DNA from: Arenicellales bacterium
GTDB lineage: Bacteria; Pseudomonadota; Gammaproteobacteria; Arenicellales; JAHEKD01
DNA length: 64,000 nucleotides
Assembly (NCBI GenBank): GCA_965204695.1
Contig: OZ242007.1
Location: 3,509,901-3,573,900 of the forward strand
Reading direction: 5' to 3'
The notes below the pieces were generated by a model. The model ran no database searches, was not told the DNA's origin, and worked only from the letters and a program-made list of their open reading frames with translations. Below are positions 45,059 to 55,074 of the stretch, piece by piece. The translations under genes were made by a program, and so were the position numbers. Within the stretch, counting starts at the first letter, position 1. Every line of letters starts with the position of its first letter.

Positions 45059-46558
45059 TTAGCCAGTTTGCTCTTCTAAAGGAATTGCAACATAGCGTAA
45101 ATTATCGCCTTTCTGAACTAGTATCAGTACAGAACTTTTGTCGCTTTTGCGTGCCTTTTTGATGGCCGCATTCACTTCAGCAGGAGCACTCACCTCCTCT
45201 TTACCGACTTTTTTGATGATGTCGCCTTGGCTGATGCCTTGGTCTGCTACTTGGCTATCCTTCTCAATTTGAGAGACTACGACACCATTTTCATTATCTT
45301 TTAGACCTAACTTTGAGCGAGTATTGTCATCAAGGTTTTGTAGATTCATACCCAGTTTGCCTGCTTCACTATCAAGATCCAAACTGGCGATAGGTTGTGC
45401 CTGATTTTGGCTTCCGACTGTCAGCTTAAGTGTTTTTTCTTTGTTGTCACGCCAAATCACAACATCAACTTTTTCGCCAGAGGGAACCATGGCAACGATT
45501 CTAGGGAGCTCACGCATTTGTTCAATCTTTTGATCGTTGAACCGCAAAATAATATCACCCGACTCCAATTTCGCTTCTGCTGCGGGGCTCTTCTCAGAAA
45601 CTTGAGTGACCAGTGCGCCGTGTGTATTATCTAACCCAAATGCATCTGCAATGTCTTCAGTAACGGTTTGAATATTGACGCCAATAAATCCGTGTTCAAC
45701 CTTGCCGTTTTCGCGAATTTGACTCACGATAGTTTGTGCCATTGATGATGGAATCGCAAAACCAATACCAACACTGCCACCATTAGGTGAGTAAATCGCA
45801 CTGTTCACACCAATAACTTCACCCTGCATATTAAATAGTGGTCCACCTGAGTTGCCTTTGTTAATCGGTGCGTCGATTTGGATGAAGTCATCTAGTGGAC
45901 CCATGCCAATATTGCGGCCACGAGCGGAAATAATTCCTTTTGTCGTTGTGCCGCCCAGTCCAAAAGGATTGCCAACTGCGACAACCCAATCACCAATTTC
46001 TGCTTGACTCGAATCTCCGAATTCTACAAATGGATACTCGTCATTTTCACTGATTTGTAACAAGGCTAGATCGGTTTTCGGGTCAGCACCTTTAAGCTGT
46101 GCTTCAACAGTAGAGCCGTCACTTAAAACCACATTAATTTCTTGTGCATCTTTAACGACATGATAATTTGTTACCACAAGTCCCGTTGCATCAATAATAA
46201 AACCTGAGCCAACTCCGCTTCTATTACGTGGTGCAGGGTGCATTTGCTCATTACCTGGCAGGTTGAAGTTGCCGCCAAAAAAGCGTTTAAAATACTGTTC
46301 AAACTCGGGAGGCTGATTTTGAAATTGTTGTTTGCCAGATGTCGGAACGACACCTCCCTTCACTGAAATACCGACTACCGCCGGTTGAATAGTTTCAACT
46401 AGATCAGCAAATCCATTGCTTATATCAGCTGGTTGAAAATCTTTAGTAACGGGTTCAGAGTTACCGTCAGCATATAGGGTAGGTACTGATACACAACCAC
46501 AAATTAGTGCTGTAGTTGTGAATAGCTTTAGAAAAGTATGTTTTGTATTCATTGACAT
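45059..46558 (-). CDS. Periplasmic serine endoprotease, DegP/DegQ/MucD (HtrA) family
   Basis: 499 aa with a signal peptide, a trypsin-like domain (TNYHVV...DLALLQI...GNSGGPLF) and two PDZ-like regions. Confidence 0.9.
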   Translation of the reverse strand: MSMNTKHTFLKLFTTTALICGCVSVPTLYADGNSEPVTKDFQPADISNGFADLVETIQPAVVGISVKGGVVPTSGKQQFQNQPPEFEQYFKRFFGGNFNLPGNEQMHPAPRNRSGVGSGFIIDATGLVVTNYHVVKDAQEINVVLSDGSTVEAQLKGADPKTDLALLQISENDEYPFVEFGDSSQAEIGDWVVAVGNPFGLGGTTTKGIISARGRNIGMGPLDDFIQIDAPINKGNSGGPLFNMQGEVIGVNSAIYSPNGGSVGIGFAIPSSMAQTIVSQIRENGKVEHGFIGVNIQTVTEDIADAFGLDNTHGALVTQVSEKSPAAEAKLESGDIILRFNDQKIEQMRELPRIVAMVPSGEKVDVVIWRDNKEKTLKLTVGSQNQAQPIASLDLDSEAGKLGMNLQNLDDNTRSKLGLKDNENGVVVSQIEKDSQVADQGISQGDIIKKVGKEEVSAPAEVNAAIKKARKSDKSSVLILVQKGDNLRYVAIPLEEQTG

Positions 46559-46900
46559 ATCCTGGTCTAAGTCCTGATTAAATAGAATTATTAGAATTTT
46601 ATTTGTGGTGATTTTCTTAAGATTTTCTTGAACTTTACAAAAATGACAAGTATTTCAATTGATCCGTGTTTCGTTGCACAAATAAATAAATGCTACTAAC
46701 ATAATTGTTTACTTATGATCATTGTTTTAGTGTAAACAAAAATTGGAATTCAAAGGAATATCGATTTCGAATAATAAAATTTGTGATAATTTTCACAGAA
46801 TTTGTTTTTTAACTGTGTCATAAATGGTTCATAGAAAATAAATCAATACAATCAATCTTATAAAAGCTCAAGATTGTTTGGGATAAGTGGAGAATGGTGT

Positions 46901-48784
46901 ATGAGAATTCAAATAGATTCGTCTGAGGGTAGTTCTGTCGATCAAGACGAAAACGTATCAACTGCTGATGTTGAATCAGAATTATCTGAAAGTTCCCGGT
47001 CCATGGAGTCACCGGATGTCCCGAATCTTTCTTATCTGACGAATCATTTTGCTCAGGCACTTGAATCGTTCTATATCACCTTAGATAAGGTCAAACAGGA
47101 TAACGATTTAGACGTAAATACTTTTCTAGCTTTAGCAAATAAACTTAAATCTGATGAACTAACTCCTGCTGAACTCAGACAATTTGGAGAACTCAAACAG
47201 GCGGCACAGCGACAGGGGCGAGCGATTGGCGCCGTTATTGGATTCTTTCTTAAATTCAAGCCTTATCCAATGTTGGCAGAAGTGCGTAAGAAGGGGGGGC
47301 TCTATCAGCCAATGTTCGGTCCAGTCTTAATTGCTAGATCAGAAGATGTACGCGATGTATTAGTCAGGCATCAAGAGTTTACAGTAGATCCTTACGGCAC
47401 CCACATGTGTAAATCCATGAGCCCGGAACATAATGGAGGCTATGATACGTTTATTCTGAGTACGGATAATGATGAAAGATACATACAAGATAAACACTTG
47501 TTAACCAGTGTTGTATCAGCCGCAGATATTCCATCCGTAACCGACTTAATACATCAAGAAACTCAAAAACGAATAAAGCAATCTGTTGCAGATGCCAAGC
47601 ATTCTGGAAGTAACTGTATAGATGTAGTGCCAGCCGTGGCTCGGTTTGTCCCTGTTTTTCTGGTGCATCATTATCTGGGTGTTCCTTCGGTAGAAAAACC
47701 TCAGCGATTTGAACTTGATGACAATATGCTTAAATACTATAGCAATAAAGTTACTGGACCTGATGGTGTTGAACCTCTGCCAATATCTTATACAGAGCAG
47801 GATGGTAGTGTAACTGAGTTGCCTGACAGCGCTCTACAACGTGAGGATGGAATAATCCCCGATGAGCAACAGGTATACGATTGGATAGTAGCTTGCTTTA
47901 AACACTTTTTTAACAACCTGCAAAATGATGTCAAAGTACAAGCAAATGGAGTGCGAGCCTACAGGCAGCTACTTGTTTATATCTTACGTGAGATAGATAT
48001 TCAACGAAAGGCTCTAACAACTGACTCTGATTCAGTTGCAGATAATATGTTAACCCGTTTGCTGCGCATTCAAATGGGATTGCCTCAGATTATCGAGGAC
48101 AAGCAGATAGAAGTTGATGCCGACAGGGTTAGTGATTTACGTATTGCTGAAAATGTAATGGGGACCATAGTGGGTGCTGTTGCTGGCCAGGAAGAAGCGA
48201 CTTGTCGGGTAATTGATTCTATGATCCGGTTGCAGGAAGGGGAATTTAAACCAGCACCTAACTCCTCACCTCCAGAGGGCCTGAAATATGGCAATTTTGA
48301 ACATGCCTGTGAATTGGCACGCAATATTGCCAATGGCACCGACGTAACGCAAAGTAGAACTGCGTTACTCGAATATGTATTTGAAGCATTACGTTTGCAA
48401 CCTCAAGGCGAAATTCTGCTGCGGCAATGTGTTAAAGATGGTGCAATAATTGCCAATAGTAGACCAATCAGAAAAGGAACTTTAGTGTTTGCTGCACATG
48501 GGTCTGCTATGCAAGATGTCGAGCAACCTGAGGCATTCGTTTTAGGGCGTCCAAAAGAAAATTATCTTCATTATGGATACGCTCGTCATAAGTGTTTGGG
48601 TCAATATGTTTCACCGATATTGATGTCTGAAGCCTTGGTGGCTATCTTGAATTTAGAAAACGTACGGCGGCCCGAGCCCAATACTGGTGAATTAGCGTTT
48701 CCTCTGGAGAGGCGTTTTGGTCGATTTCAGCTGGATAATGATAACTTGTATGCCAAGACTTTTTCTTTGCAATTTGATGGTTGA
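46901..48784 (+). CDS. Cytochrome P450-fold protein with a ~130-aa acidic N-terminal extension
   Basis: The track ORF starts at a TTG at 46874, but the ATG at 46901 has a ggagaa RBS. Motifs: K-helix ExxR (FEALRLQP), Cys-ligand loop HYGYARHKCLGQY (FGxGxHxCxG pattern) and an I-helix variant VAGQEEAT. Confidence 0.7.
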   Translation: MRIQIDSSEGSSVDQDENVSTADVESELSESSRSMESPDVPNLSYLTNHFAQALESFYITLDKVKQDNDLDVNTFLALANKLKSDELTPAELRQFGELKQAAQRQGRAIGAVIGFFLKFKPYPMLAEVRKKGGLYQPMFGPVLIARSEDVRDVLVRHQEFTVDPYGTHMCKSMSPEHNGGYDTFILSTDNDERYIQDKHLLTSVVSAADIPSVTDLIHQETQKRIKQSVADAKHSGSNCIDVVPAVARFVPVFLVHHYLGVPSVEKPQRFELDDNMLKYYSNKVTGPDGVEPLPISYTEQDGSVTELPDSALQREDGIIPDEQQVYDWIVACFKHFFNNLQNDVKVQANGVRAYRQLLVYILREIDIQRKALTTDSDSVADNMLTRLLRIQMGLPQIIEDKQIEVDADRVSDLRIAENVMGTIVGAVAGQEEATCRVIDSMIRLQEGEFKPAPNSSPPEGLKYGNFEHACELARNIANGTDVTQSRTALLEYVFEALRLQPQGEILLRQCVKDGAIIANSRPIRKGTLVFAAHGSAMQDVEQPEAFVLGRPKENYLHYGYARHKCLGQYVSPILMSEALVAILNLENVRRPEPNTGELAFPLERRFGRFQLDNDNLYAKTFSLQFDG

Positions 48785-48819
48785 GGGTTGTCAATACCTA
48801 ACAATAGACAGGAGGTAAA

Positions 48820-51282
48820 ATGAAAATCATAAGAGAAATAAAATATGTAATAGTCGGTTTAATTTTCACTCTAGCATTGGGTTTGATTGCGGTACAAACA
48901 GGTCATCATGCATTTGCATATGATGACTCCGATTCCGAAGCAACTCTTATAGAATTGCCACAACAAGGGTATGCTTCTGATGCTTGGTTAAGAAGTGGTG
49001 ATAGCAATTGGGAAGAAGAAAAAGCCCGTCGTGAAGATGAATTGTACAATTTTTTAGGTGATACAGATCTAACTAGGGCTAAAGCCTATATGTTTGATGA
49101 AGATCATACACCAGCCTTAGCCTGGAATTGGTTTGATCAGCATCCGATTGGATACGGGGGTGTGCCTTATGTTTTACTGAAAACATTATTATCACTTGAC
49201 CCAGCCACCGAAACTGACCCACATTTATTAACATTAGCTAAAATTTGGAAAAAGAAGTCGGTCATACCTGATGAGCTAGAGAAGGATGTCTATACCCTAG
49301 ATCATTTAGGATTCGGGCCACACCCTAATGATTATGAAAACGGAATCGCTAAGCACCCGGATGATCGAGTGCAAAAGCTACCTAATGGGTTCGTTTACGA
49401 TCCTGATGTTCGACCAAAGAAAGTTTTGTTTGTTAAAACTCGTTTGAAAATGATGCGCGATGGAGTGATCGGAAGTGTCATTAAATCACTGAATCCTAAT
49501 TACACACCCAAACTCAGGAAACTGTTAGTTCTATCACGCGGCAAAATCCGCAATAAGCTCTACGGTGGTGATATCGATTACGCAGACGCTCAGCAATTAC
49601 AGCAGGCGCCACCTGTAGACGCGGTGTTTTTCTCCTGTTCAGGTTGTCACCAAGGACGAGTCATTGTTGACGGCAAAATGGACGAATCCGGCAATATTGA
49701 AAAAGTGGGTCAAATGAAGTTTATGCCCGGTATGCCGAATACCGAAATTGAAGCTCAGTATTTTTCTAAACTATTAATGTTAACGGGTCTGGCGCTAATT
49801 GAATCAGGGTTCTCAATAGAGGCTGATTCTTTGCCTGAAAATGCTGACGATATTACGCCGTCACGAGACGCTGTGCTCGCTTTATTTACACGTATGTTAA
49901 CGCAAGCAATTGACAACAATAAGGTCAAGACCATCTATGGTGCATCTAAAAAAGAGATTGCTCGAGCTAGGTATCAAACCTATGCAGTGGCAAGGGATTT
50001 TCCTACCTATATTGGTGAATTAATCGGTGTCGCGATTAAAACTCAGTATATCTATTACCAAGTTGCAAATAAGTATGCGTTTAATGCTGATAACTCAAAT
50101 AAGGAGTCTCCAGATCAAAAAATGCCTGATGTGATCAATGATCGAGTTGGGCAAATGGACGCCTTTGGGGTTGCTTCGGGTTTGGTTGCGATACATACCC
50201 TGCGTAAGGACAATAGTTATTTAAAATTTATACAACAAGATAATCCTGATAATCCGATTCTTGCAGGGATTGATACTGTTGATGGGTTCTCGGGCCGGGT
50301 GGATCTGGATCAGGCTGGCCAACGCATCCGGGACAATATCAAGAATTGGGCACCAAATGTTCCTGCCCCAATTGATATAAAAAGTCTGAATTGGAGTGGA
50401 CACCGTAAACTTGCTAACTGGGATGGTAATCAAGGCGCTTCAGCGCGTACTCTCGCCTCAGGAGTATCAGCAACTGGCGATCCATTAAAAGTGAATGTTC
50501 GAATTCATCAGCCGTTAAATCCGCTGATTGAGCATATGCCTCCGCCTCCTTACCCGTTTGAGATTGATGCTGATAAGGCTAGACGAGGTATGGAAATATT
50601 CAATGGCAATGGAATTTCCAAAGATGAGACATGTGCTAGTTGTCATCAACCTGAAAAAGATTGGATATTTTCATCCAAAAAAATCGGCGTTGATGCTAAT
50701 CGGTCATTAGTTAATACTGATGTTTCACGCTATGGATTGGCAGCATTGGTGATGGAAGCGTGTCAGATTTTTATTCGCAAGAACCCGGATAACAATTGGT
50801 GTTTGCCTGAGGATGAAAACGAGCAGCTTATTACGGATTGGGATGCTTCTACAGATGATTATTTTAAAGATACTCCAGGCCGAGTTCGAGCTGGAAAAAA
50901 TGGCTACAAAGTAGACATGTTGCATGGAATTTGGGCACGAGCCCCTTATTTACACAATGGTTCTGTGCCGACATTGATGCACATGTTATGCCCACAAACA
51001 CGGCCGCAGGAATTCAATCGAGGAGTCTTATTTTATGATCAGCAAGAGGTTGGTTTCGAATGGGCAGTAACACCTAATCAACGCTACAGTGAATACGAGG
51101 TGATGCAAGTTAAAAAATATGATACCAAGGAATTTGGCCGCTCGAATCAGGGGCATGACTATGGTTCTAGCTTGTGTCCAAATACTAAGGGTTTGGATCC
51201 TATTGCAGATCGAAAAGAGATCAAGAGTCGAGTTTTGAATTCCAAGGCTGGTGATTTATTGGAGTACTTAAAAACGCTGTAA
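48820..51282 (+). CDS. Large periplasmic di-haem c-type cytochrome, distantly CCP/MauG-like
   Basis: 820 aa with an N-terminal signal/anchor and two CxxCH sites (CSGCH, CASCH) about 330 aa apart. The motif GIWARAPYLHNGSVPTLMHML resembles the xAPYxHxGSxxTL block of di-haem peroxidases. Confidence 0.6.
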   Translation: MKIIREIKYVIVGLIFTLALGLIAVQTGHHAFAYDDSDSEATLIELPQQGYASDAWLRSGDSNWEEEKARREDELYNFLGDTDLTRAKAYMFDEDHTPALAWNWFDQHPIGYGGVPYVLLKTLLSLDPATETDPHLLTLAKIWKKKSVIPDELEKDVYTLDHLGFGPHPNDYENGIAKHPDDRVQKLPNGFVYDPDVRPKKVLFVKTRLKMMRDGVIGSVIKSLNPNYTPKLRKLLVLSRGKIRNKLYGGDIDYADAQQLQQAPPVDAVFFSCSGCHQGRVIVDGKMDESGNIEKVGQMKFMPGMPNTEIEAQYFSKLLMLTGLALIESGFSIEADSLPENADDITPSRDAVLALFTRMLTQAIDNNKVKTIYGASKKEIARARYQTYAVARDFPTYIGELIGVAIKTQYIYYQVANKYAFNADNSNKESPDQKMPDVINDRVGQMDAFGVASGLVAIHTLRKDNSYLKFIQQDNPDNPILAGIDTVDGFSGRVDLDQAGQRIRDNIKNWAPNVPAPIDIKSLNWSGHRKLANWDGNQGASARTLASGVSATGDPLKVNVRIHQPLNPLIEHMPPPPYPFEIDADKARRGMEIFNGNGISKDETCASCHQPEKDWIFSSKKIGVDANRSLVNTDVSRYGLAALVMEACQIFIRKNPDNNWCLPEDENEQLITDWDASTDDYFKDTPGRVRAGKNGYKVDMLHGIWARAPYLHNGSVPTLMHMLCPQTRPQEFNRGVLFYDQQEVGFEWAVTPNQRYSEYEVMQVKKYDTKEFGRSNQGHDYGSSLCPNTKGLDPIADRKEIKSRVLNSKAGDLLEYLKTL

Positions 51283-51317
51283 TTGAAATTAAACAAAACA
51301 TAAAAAGAGAAAAGCTC

Positions 51318-52571
51318 ATGAAAAAATTACAAGTAATAATTAGTATGGCTTTAATTTGCGGGGTCTCGATAGCACCATCGATCGGTTATTCTAATGATGC
51401 CAACACTTATGCAAATAGTTGTTTGGAGTCCCCAGTCAAAGACGTGGCCGCTACAGCATTAGCATGTGCTACCGCATTAAAACTTTATAGTAGTGCTGAG
51501 CAACAAGTTCCAGCTGATGTGGCAAACCGCATAGAAAGGTTAAAAAAAGGCGGTGAGTTGCATGGAGAATTACGCTCAACCATTATCGATAAAATGAGGC
51601 TCAACCGAAGAGCGTTTCAAAGTCAAAGAGTACTTGATCGCTACGCTGAGACTCGTGAATTGCTTACAGATTATACGCAAACCTTCGAACAATGCGGTCT
51701 TCCACGTGACGAAAATGGACATCCATTACCTCAGTATCCTGCTTCGTTTTCTGATGCCGATCATGGTGTTAGAGGTCACTATAAAGAATCAAAAGGTGTC
51801 GTGGGATGTTTGAAAACTAAATCTGGTTTGGCAGGAGTACGTGCAGAACCATTGGCTCAACACTATTACTGTACCTTTCCAGGTAACTCACCTGAGATTC
51901 GTTCATGTTTTACATTCCAGATTCGTGTGTCAAGTAATACCCGATCGAATTCTCATCATAATATTCTGGTCACTGATGAGGAAAATGACGAAATAGAAGA
52001 ACTTGATTTGGTTGGTAAAGAATGGGTTTTTGCCGGAACTCAACAAGACTATGAACAAGCAAAAGAAACAAAAATCATTCCCCAAAATATCATTAGTAAA
52101 GTTGCTACTTATTGTTCAGTTGATGGCCGAGCTGCACGGGCAAAAGACTTTACTGTAGATCCACCTATAACTTATTGGCATACGGAATTTATTGAAAATT
52201 ATTTACAAGAAGTCGACTCACATCAAGATCCGGCAAATACCAATGAAAGTTTAATCACTGATTATTTAGCGGAAAAAACAGCAGCGCAAGATTCAGGAGT
52301 AGAGTTGCTCGACATTGGTGAAATTGATCCTGTCAGAGACCAAGATAGTCAAATCAAACCACCGTTATGCTGGATAAATGCTACTCAGCTTTCATTATTT
52401 CAATTAATGTTAAGCCCCGCCTTGACGATGTATTTTGATAGAAACGATCAATTATCAATTATTCGGGAATACTATCAATGTGAGGATAGTTCTGTCACAC
52501 AGGCCTATGAAAAAATTAAAAAGAGAATGCACCATTATTGTCCTGAAAATTTTGATAGTTGGGATGATTAA
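51318..52571 (+). CDS. Secreted Cys-rich hypothetical protein
   Basis: 417 aa with a signal peptide and 11 Cys. No recognisable motif. A 36-nt gap separates it from the upstream gene. Confidence 0.55.
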   Translation: MKKLQVIISMALICGVSIAPSIGYSNDANTYANSCLESPVKDVAATALACATALKLYSSAEQQVPADVANRIERLKKGGELHGELRSTIIDKMRLNRRAFQSQRVLDRYAETRELLTDYTQTFEQCGLPRDENGHPLPQYPASFSDADHGVRGHYKESKGVVGCLKTKSGLAGVRAEPLAQHYYCTFPGNSPEIRSCFTFQIRVSSNTRSNSHHNILVTDEENDEIEELDLVGKEWVFAGTQQDYEQAKETKIIPQNIISKVATYCSVDGRAARAKDFTVDPPITYWHTEFIENYLQEVDSHQDPANTNESLITDYLAEKTAAQDSGVELLDIGEIDPVRDQDSQIKPPLCWINATQLSLFQLMLSPALTMYFDRNDQLSIIREYYQCEDSSVTQAYEKIKKRMHHYCPENFDSWDD

Positions 52572-52659
52572 TAGACGGCTAGAAGGCAGCTATTATTCAA
52601 TCTACACAAGATCTCAAGATTAAACTTACAATTGATTTTACTCTGCACAAGGAAAAAAA

Positions 52660-52753
52660 TTCATTGTGGGTCTGTAAATCAATCTTAAGACAGAGGGGTA
52701 GGTATAGAATACGACTGTTTCACATTTGGCGTTACTGCCTGACCCACAATGAA
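52660..52753. repeat. 13-bp perfect inverted repeat (TTCATTGTGGGTC / GACCCACAATGAA) enclosing 68 nt
   Basis: Arms at 52660-52672 and 52741-52753, in the gap between the three-gene operon and the LysR gene. Confidence 0.5.
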
Positions 52754-52884
52754 GAAAATGAAAAATAGTTAATTACTATTAAACATCACATAACACGGCG
52801 CAGAACGATACACCTAAATTTATGGCGAATCAATACGCATTAGTGCATAATTATATTGCACCTATGCACAATTAAATTTCCTTA

Positions 52885-53784
52885 ATGTCTTCTGCTACTA
52901 CCACATTAAATTGGGAACAAATTCGTACTCTGTATATATTGGTCAATGAGGGTACGATTGCGAAAACAGCACGTCTACTAGACGTGCATCCATCTACAAT
53001 TTCACGCCGTATTGCCGATCTGGAAAAAAATACCGGTGCAAGATTAGTGACCAAAAGAAAAGGCATATATATGCCTACAACTGATGGGCAGGATATTTAT
53101 CAAAAAAGTAGATTAATGGCAGAACAGGCTGCTTGGTTTGAACGTTATCGGGAAAATTCAGCTAAAGAAATTTCCGGTACAGTTAGGATAACAAGTATCG
53201 AATCCTTTGTTATGTATTGCCTGTTGCCAAATGTGCCGGAACTGAGACAAAAATATCCTAAGTTAAATATTGAGTTTATAGGCAGTAATTTGAACTTGAG
53301 TTTTAATAAAAGAGAAATGGATGTTGCGATTCGGTTCTCCAGATCCTCTTTAGTCAATACAGTTACTCGTAAACTAGGAGAGGTTGGGGTGGCTTTATAT
53401 GCTAGTGCACATGTTGATAAGGATTGGTCGAGTTATAAGTCAAAGGAGATTGACTGGGTCACTTATGATGAAGATTATTCACATTTACCTGAAGCAAAGT
53501 GGCTTGCTAAGAAAATGAAGAAACCTAATCCTATAGTTAGAGCCAGTGATGCTGGGACCCACAAAGAAGCAATAAATGCTGGATTAGGTGTAGGAATGTT
53601 GCCCTATTACAGCGGGGATAGAGATGATTCGTTAGTTCGTATCAGCGGTGAAAAACTGCTAGTAAAATATGAGGTTTGGCTATTGGCACATACAGACTAT
53701 CGAAGCAATCCTAAAACATGCCGGGCCATCGAATGGATTACTGAAATATTTGAACGAGATAAAGCTATCATCACTGGTATTTAA
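52885..53784 (+). CDS. LysR-family transcriptional regulator
   Basis: 299 aa with an N-terminal wHTH (LNWEQIRTLYILVNEGTIAKTARLLDVHPSTISRRIADLE). Confidence 0.85.
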   Translation: MSSATTTLNWEQIRTLYILVNEGTIAKTARLLDVHPSTISRRIADLEKNTGARLVTKRKGIYMPTTDGQDIYQKSRLMAEQAAWFERYRENSAKEISGTVRITSIESFVMYCLLPNVPELRQKYPKLNIEFIGSNLNLSFNKREMDVAIRFSRSSLVNTVTRKLGEVGVALYASAHVDKDWSSYKSKEIDWVTYDEDYSHLPEAKWLAKKMKKPNPIVRASDAGTHKEAINAGLGVGMLPYYSGDRDDSLVRISGEKLLVKYEVWLLAHTDYRSNPKTCRAIEWITEIFERDKAIITGI

Positions 53785-53862
53785 TATCATCACATGCGTC
53801 GATAGCTTGAACTAATTCAGTGTGTCACCATCTAATCACCAAGTTTAAGATTAATTTTGATC

Positions 53863-54120
53863 ATGCCTAAAATTGATATCTATACCAGTCCGCTTTGCGG
53901 TTATTGCCACATGGCTAAGCGCTTGCTCAAACAAAAACAAGCTGAGTTTGAAGAAATTAACGTATTAGCGAATCCTTTTTCACGTCGGGAAATGGAGAAG
54001 CGGAGCCAACGTCGAACGGTGCCACAAATCTTTATTAACGATGAACATATTGGCGGATTCGATGATTTGTATGCCCTGGATAAAGCAGGTCAACTGGATG
54101 ATTTGCTAGGCCAGAGTTAA
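53863..54120 (+). CDS. grxC: Glutaredoxin 3
   Basis: Active site CGYC (IDIYTSPLCGYCHMAKRLL), plus TVPQIFI and GGFDDL. The track start at 53857 is a TTG; the ATG at 53863 is more likely. Confidence 0.85.
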   Translation: MPKIDIYTSPLCGYCHMAKRLLKQKQAEFEEINVLANPFSRREMEKRSQRRTVPQIFINDEHIGGFDDLYALDKAGQLDDLLGQS

Positions 54121-54161
54121 CCCAATAGTCTTAGTACAAGGTATTATCTGCCGCAGCAAAT

Positions 54162-55070
54162 CTATTGATATCCCCAAAGTCCTTTGTGTTTAATATACTT
54201 TGCTACGCTATGAGGACAGTATGACTCTAAAACAGCCCCTACCGAATCCTGTTTGAAACGTACTTGTGTCGCTGAAACTTCGTGATTTTCCAAGGCGGAA
54301 CCGATAATTATCCTGTGTTTTGCTGTTTCAGGTGGTTCGAATAATTCAACATCATCTTCGCTAGCTTGTCTTGGCACCACATATACATGATTGATGGCGA
54401 GGTGTTGAGCAATGCAATAATCCAACCACACTTTTTCTCTTGCCGAATCAGCTTTTAGGGATTTAATGTTAGGATTAAATTGATCGGCACCACAAACGAA
54501 ATAGAAATTAAGGGGCTCGGAAATAAAATTAGATAATTGTTTTTGCAGTTTCCTAATGACGTACCAGGTGCCTGTCCAAAAATAAGATCGGCTTTCATTT
54601 TGATTGAAAAATCTTTCTGATTCTTCATACCATTGTTTTGACTGAAACAGGATTTTCAATTTATCACTAGATTCTTCGGTCAAAGCTTGTGTCAATATGT
54701 TAATCCGCTCATCCCAATCAACATGCTTTTGCTCTGCTACCCAATTGGTTAATGGTTTTGCATGAAAGCCAGGTATATAGTGAAATGGCCATATAATAAA
54801 AAACAAAGTATCAAGATCTATATCTTTAATGGCTTGTTTGGCTAGTTCAATGTGAGCTTTTGTAGTTGGTGAACAAGTTGCAACGATATATCCAATTTTG
54901 TTAGTTTCAAGATTTTGAGCAACATCCACTAGCTCATTAGCTATCTCAGTGCTACTCGTATGAAGATACGTTGACATTGTTTTTTCATATTCTATTGCTC
55001 TAGCGTAGATGTCATTAAATTTTTCTGTGATGTCTTTAGCGGACAATTGTGTAGAGGATTTATTTTTCAT
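54162..55070 (-). CDS. NadD/NMNAT-like nucleotidyltransferase-fold protein of unknown specificity
   Basis: 302 aa. An (H/T)xxH-type motif in VATCSPTTKAHIELA, a GAD motif (FVCGADQF) and an ISxTxxR-like motif (VSATQVRF). Confidence 0.5.
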   Translation of the reverse strand: MKNKSSTQLSAKDITEKFNDIYARAIEYEKTMSTYLHTSSTEIANELVDVAQNLETNKIGYIVATCSPTTKAHIELAKQAIKDIDLDTLFFIIWPFHYIPGFHAKPLTNWVAEQKHVDWDERINILTQALTEESSDKLKILFQSKQWYEESERFFNQNESRSYFWTGTWYVIRKLQKQLSNFISEPLNFYFVCGADQFNPNIKSLKADSAREKVWLDYCIAQHLAINHVYVVPRQASEDDVELFEPPETAKHRIIIGSALENHEVSATQVRFKQDSVGAVLESYCPHSVAKYIKHKGLWGYQ

Positions 55071-55074
55071 AATA

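Noticed and set aside
46874-46900. TTG start proposed by the ORF track for the P450-fold gene
   Set aside because: The ATG at 46901 is preceded by ggagaa at good spacing. The extra 9 codons have no support.
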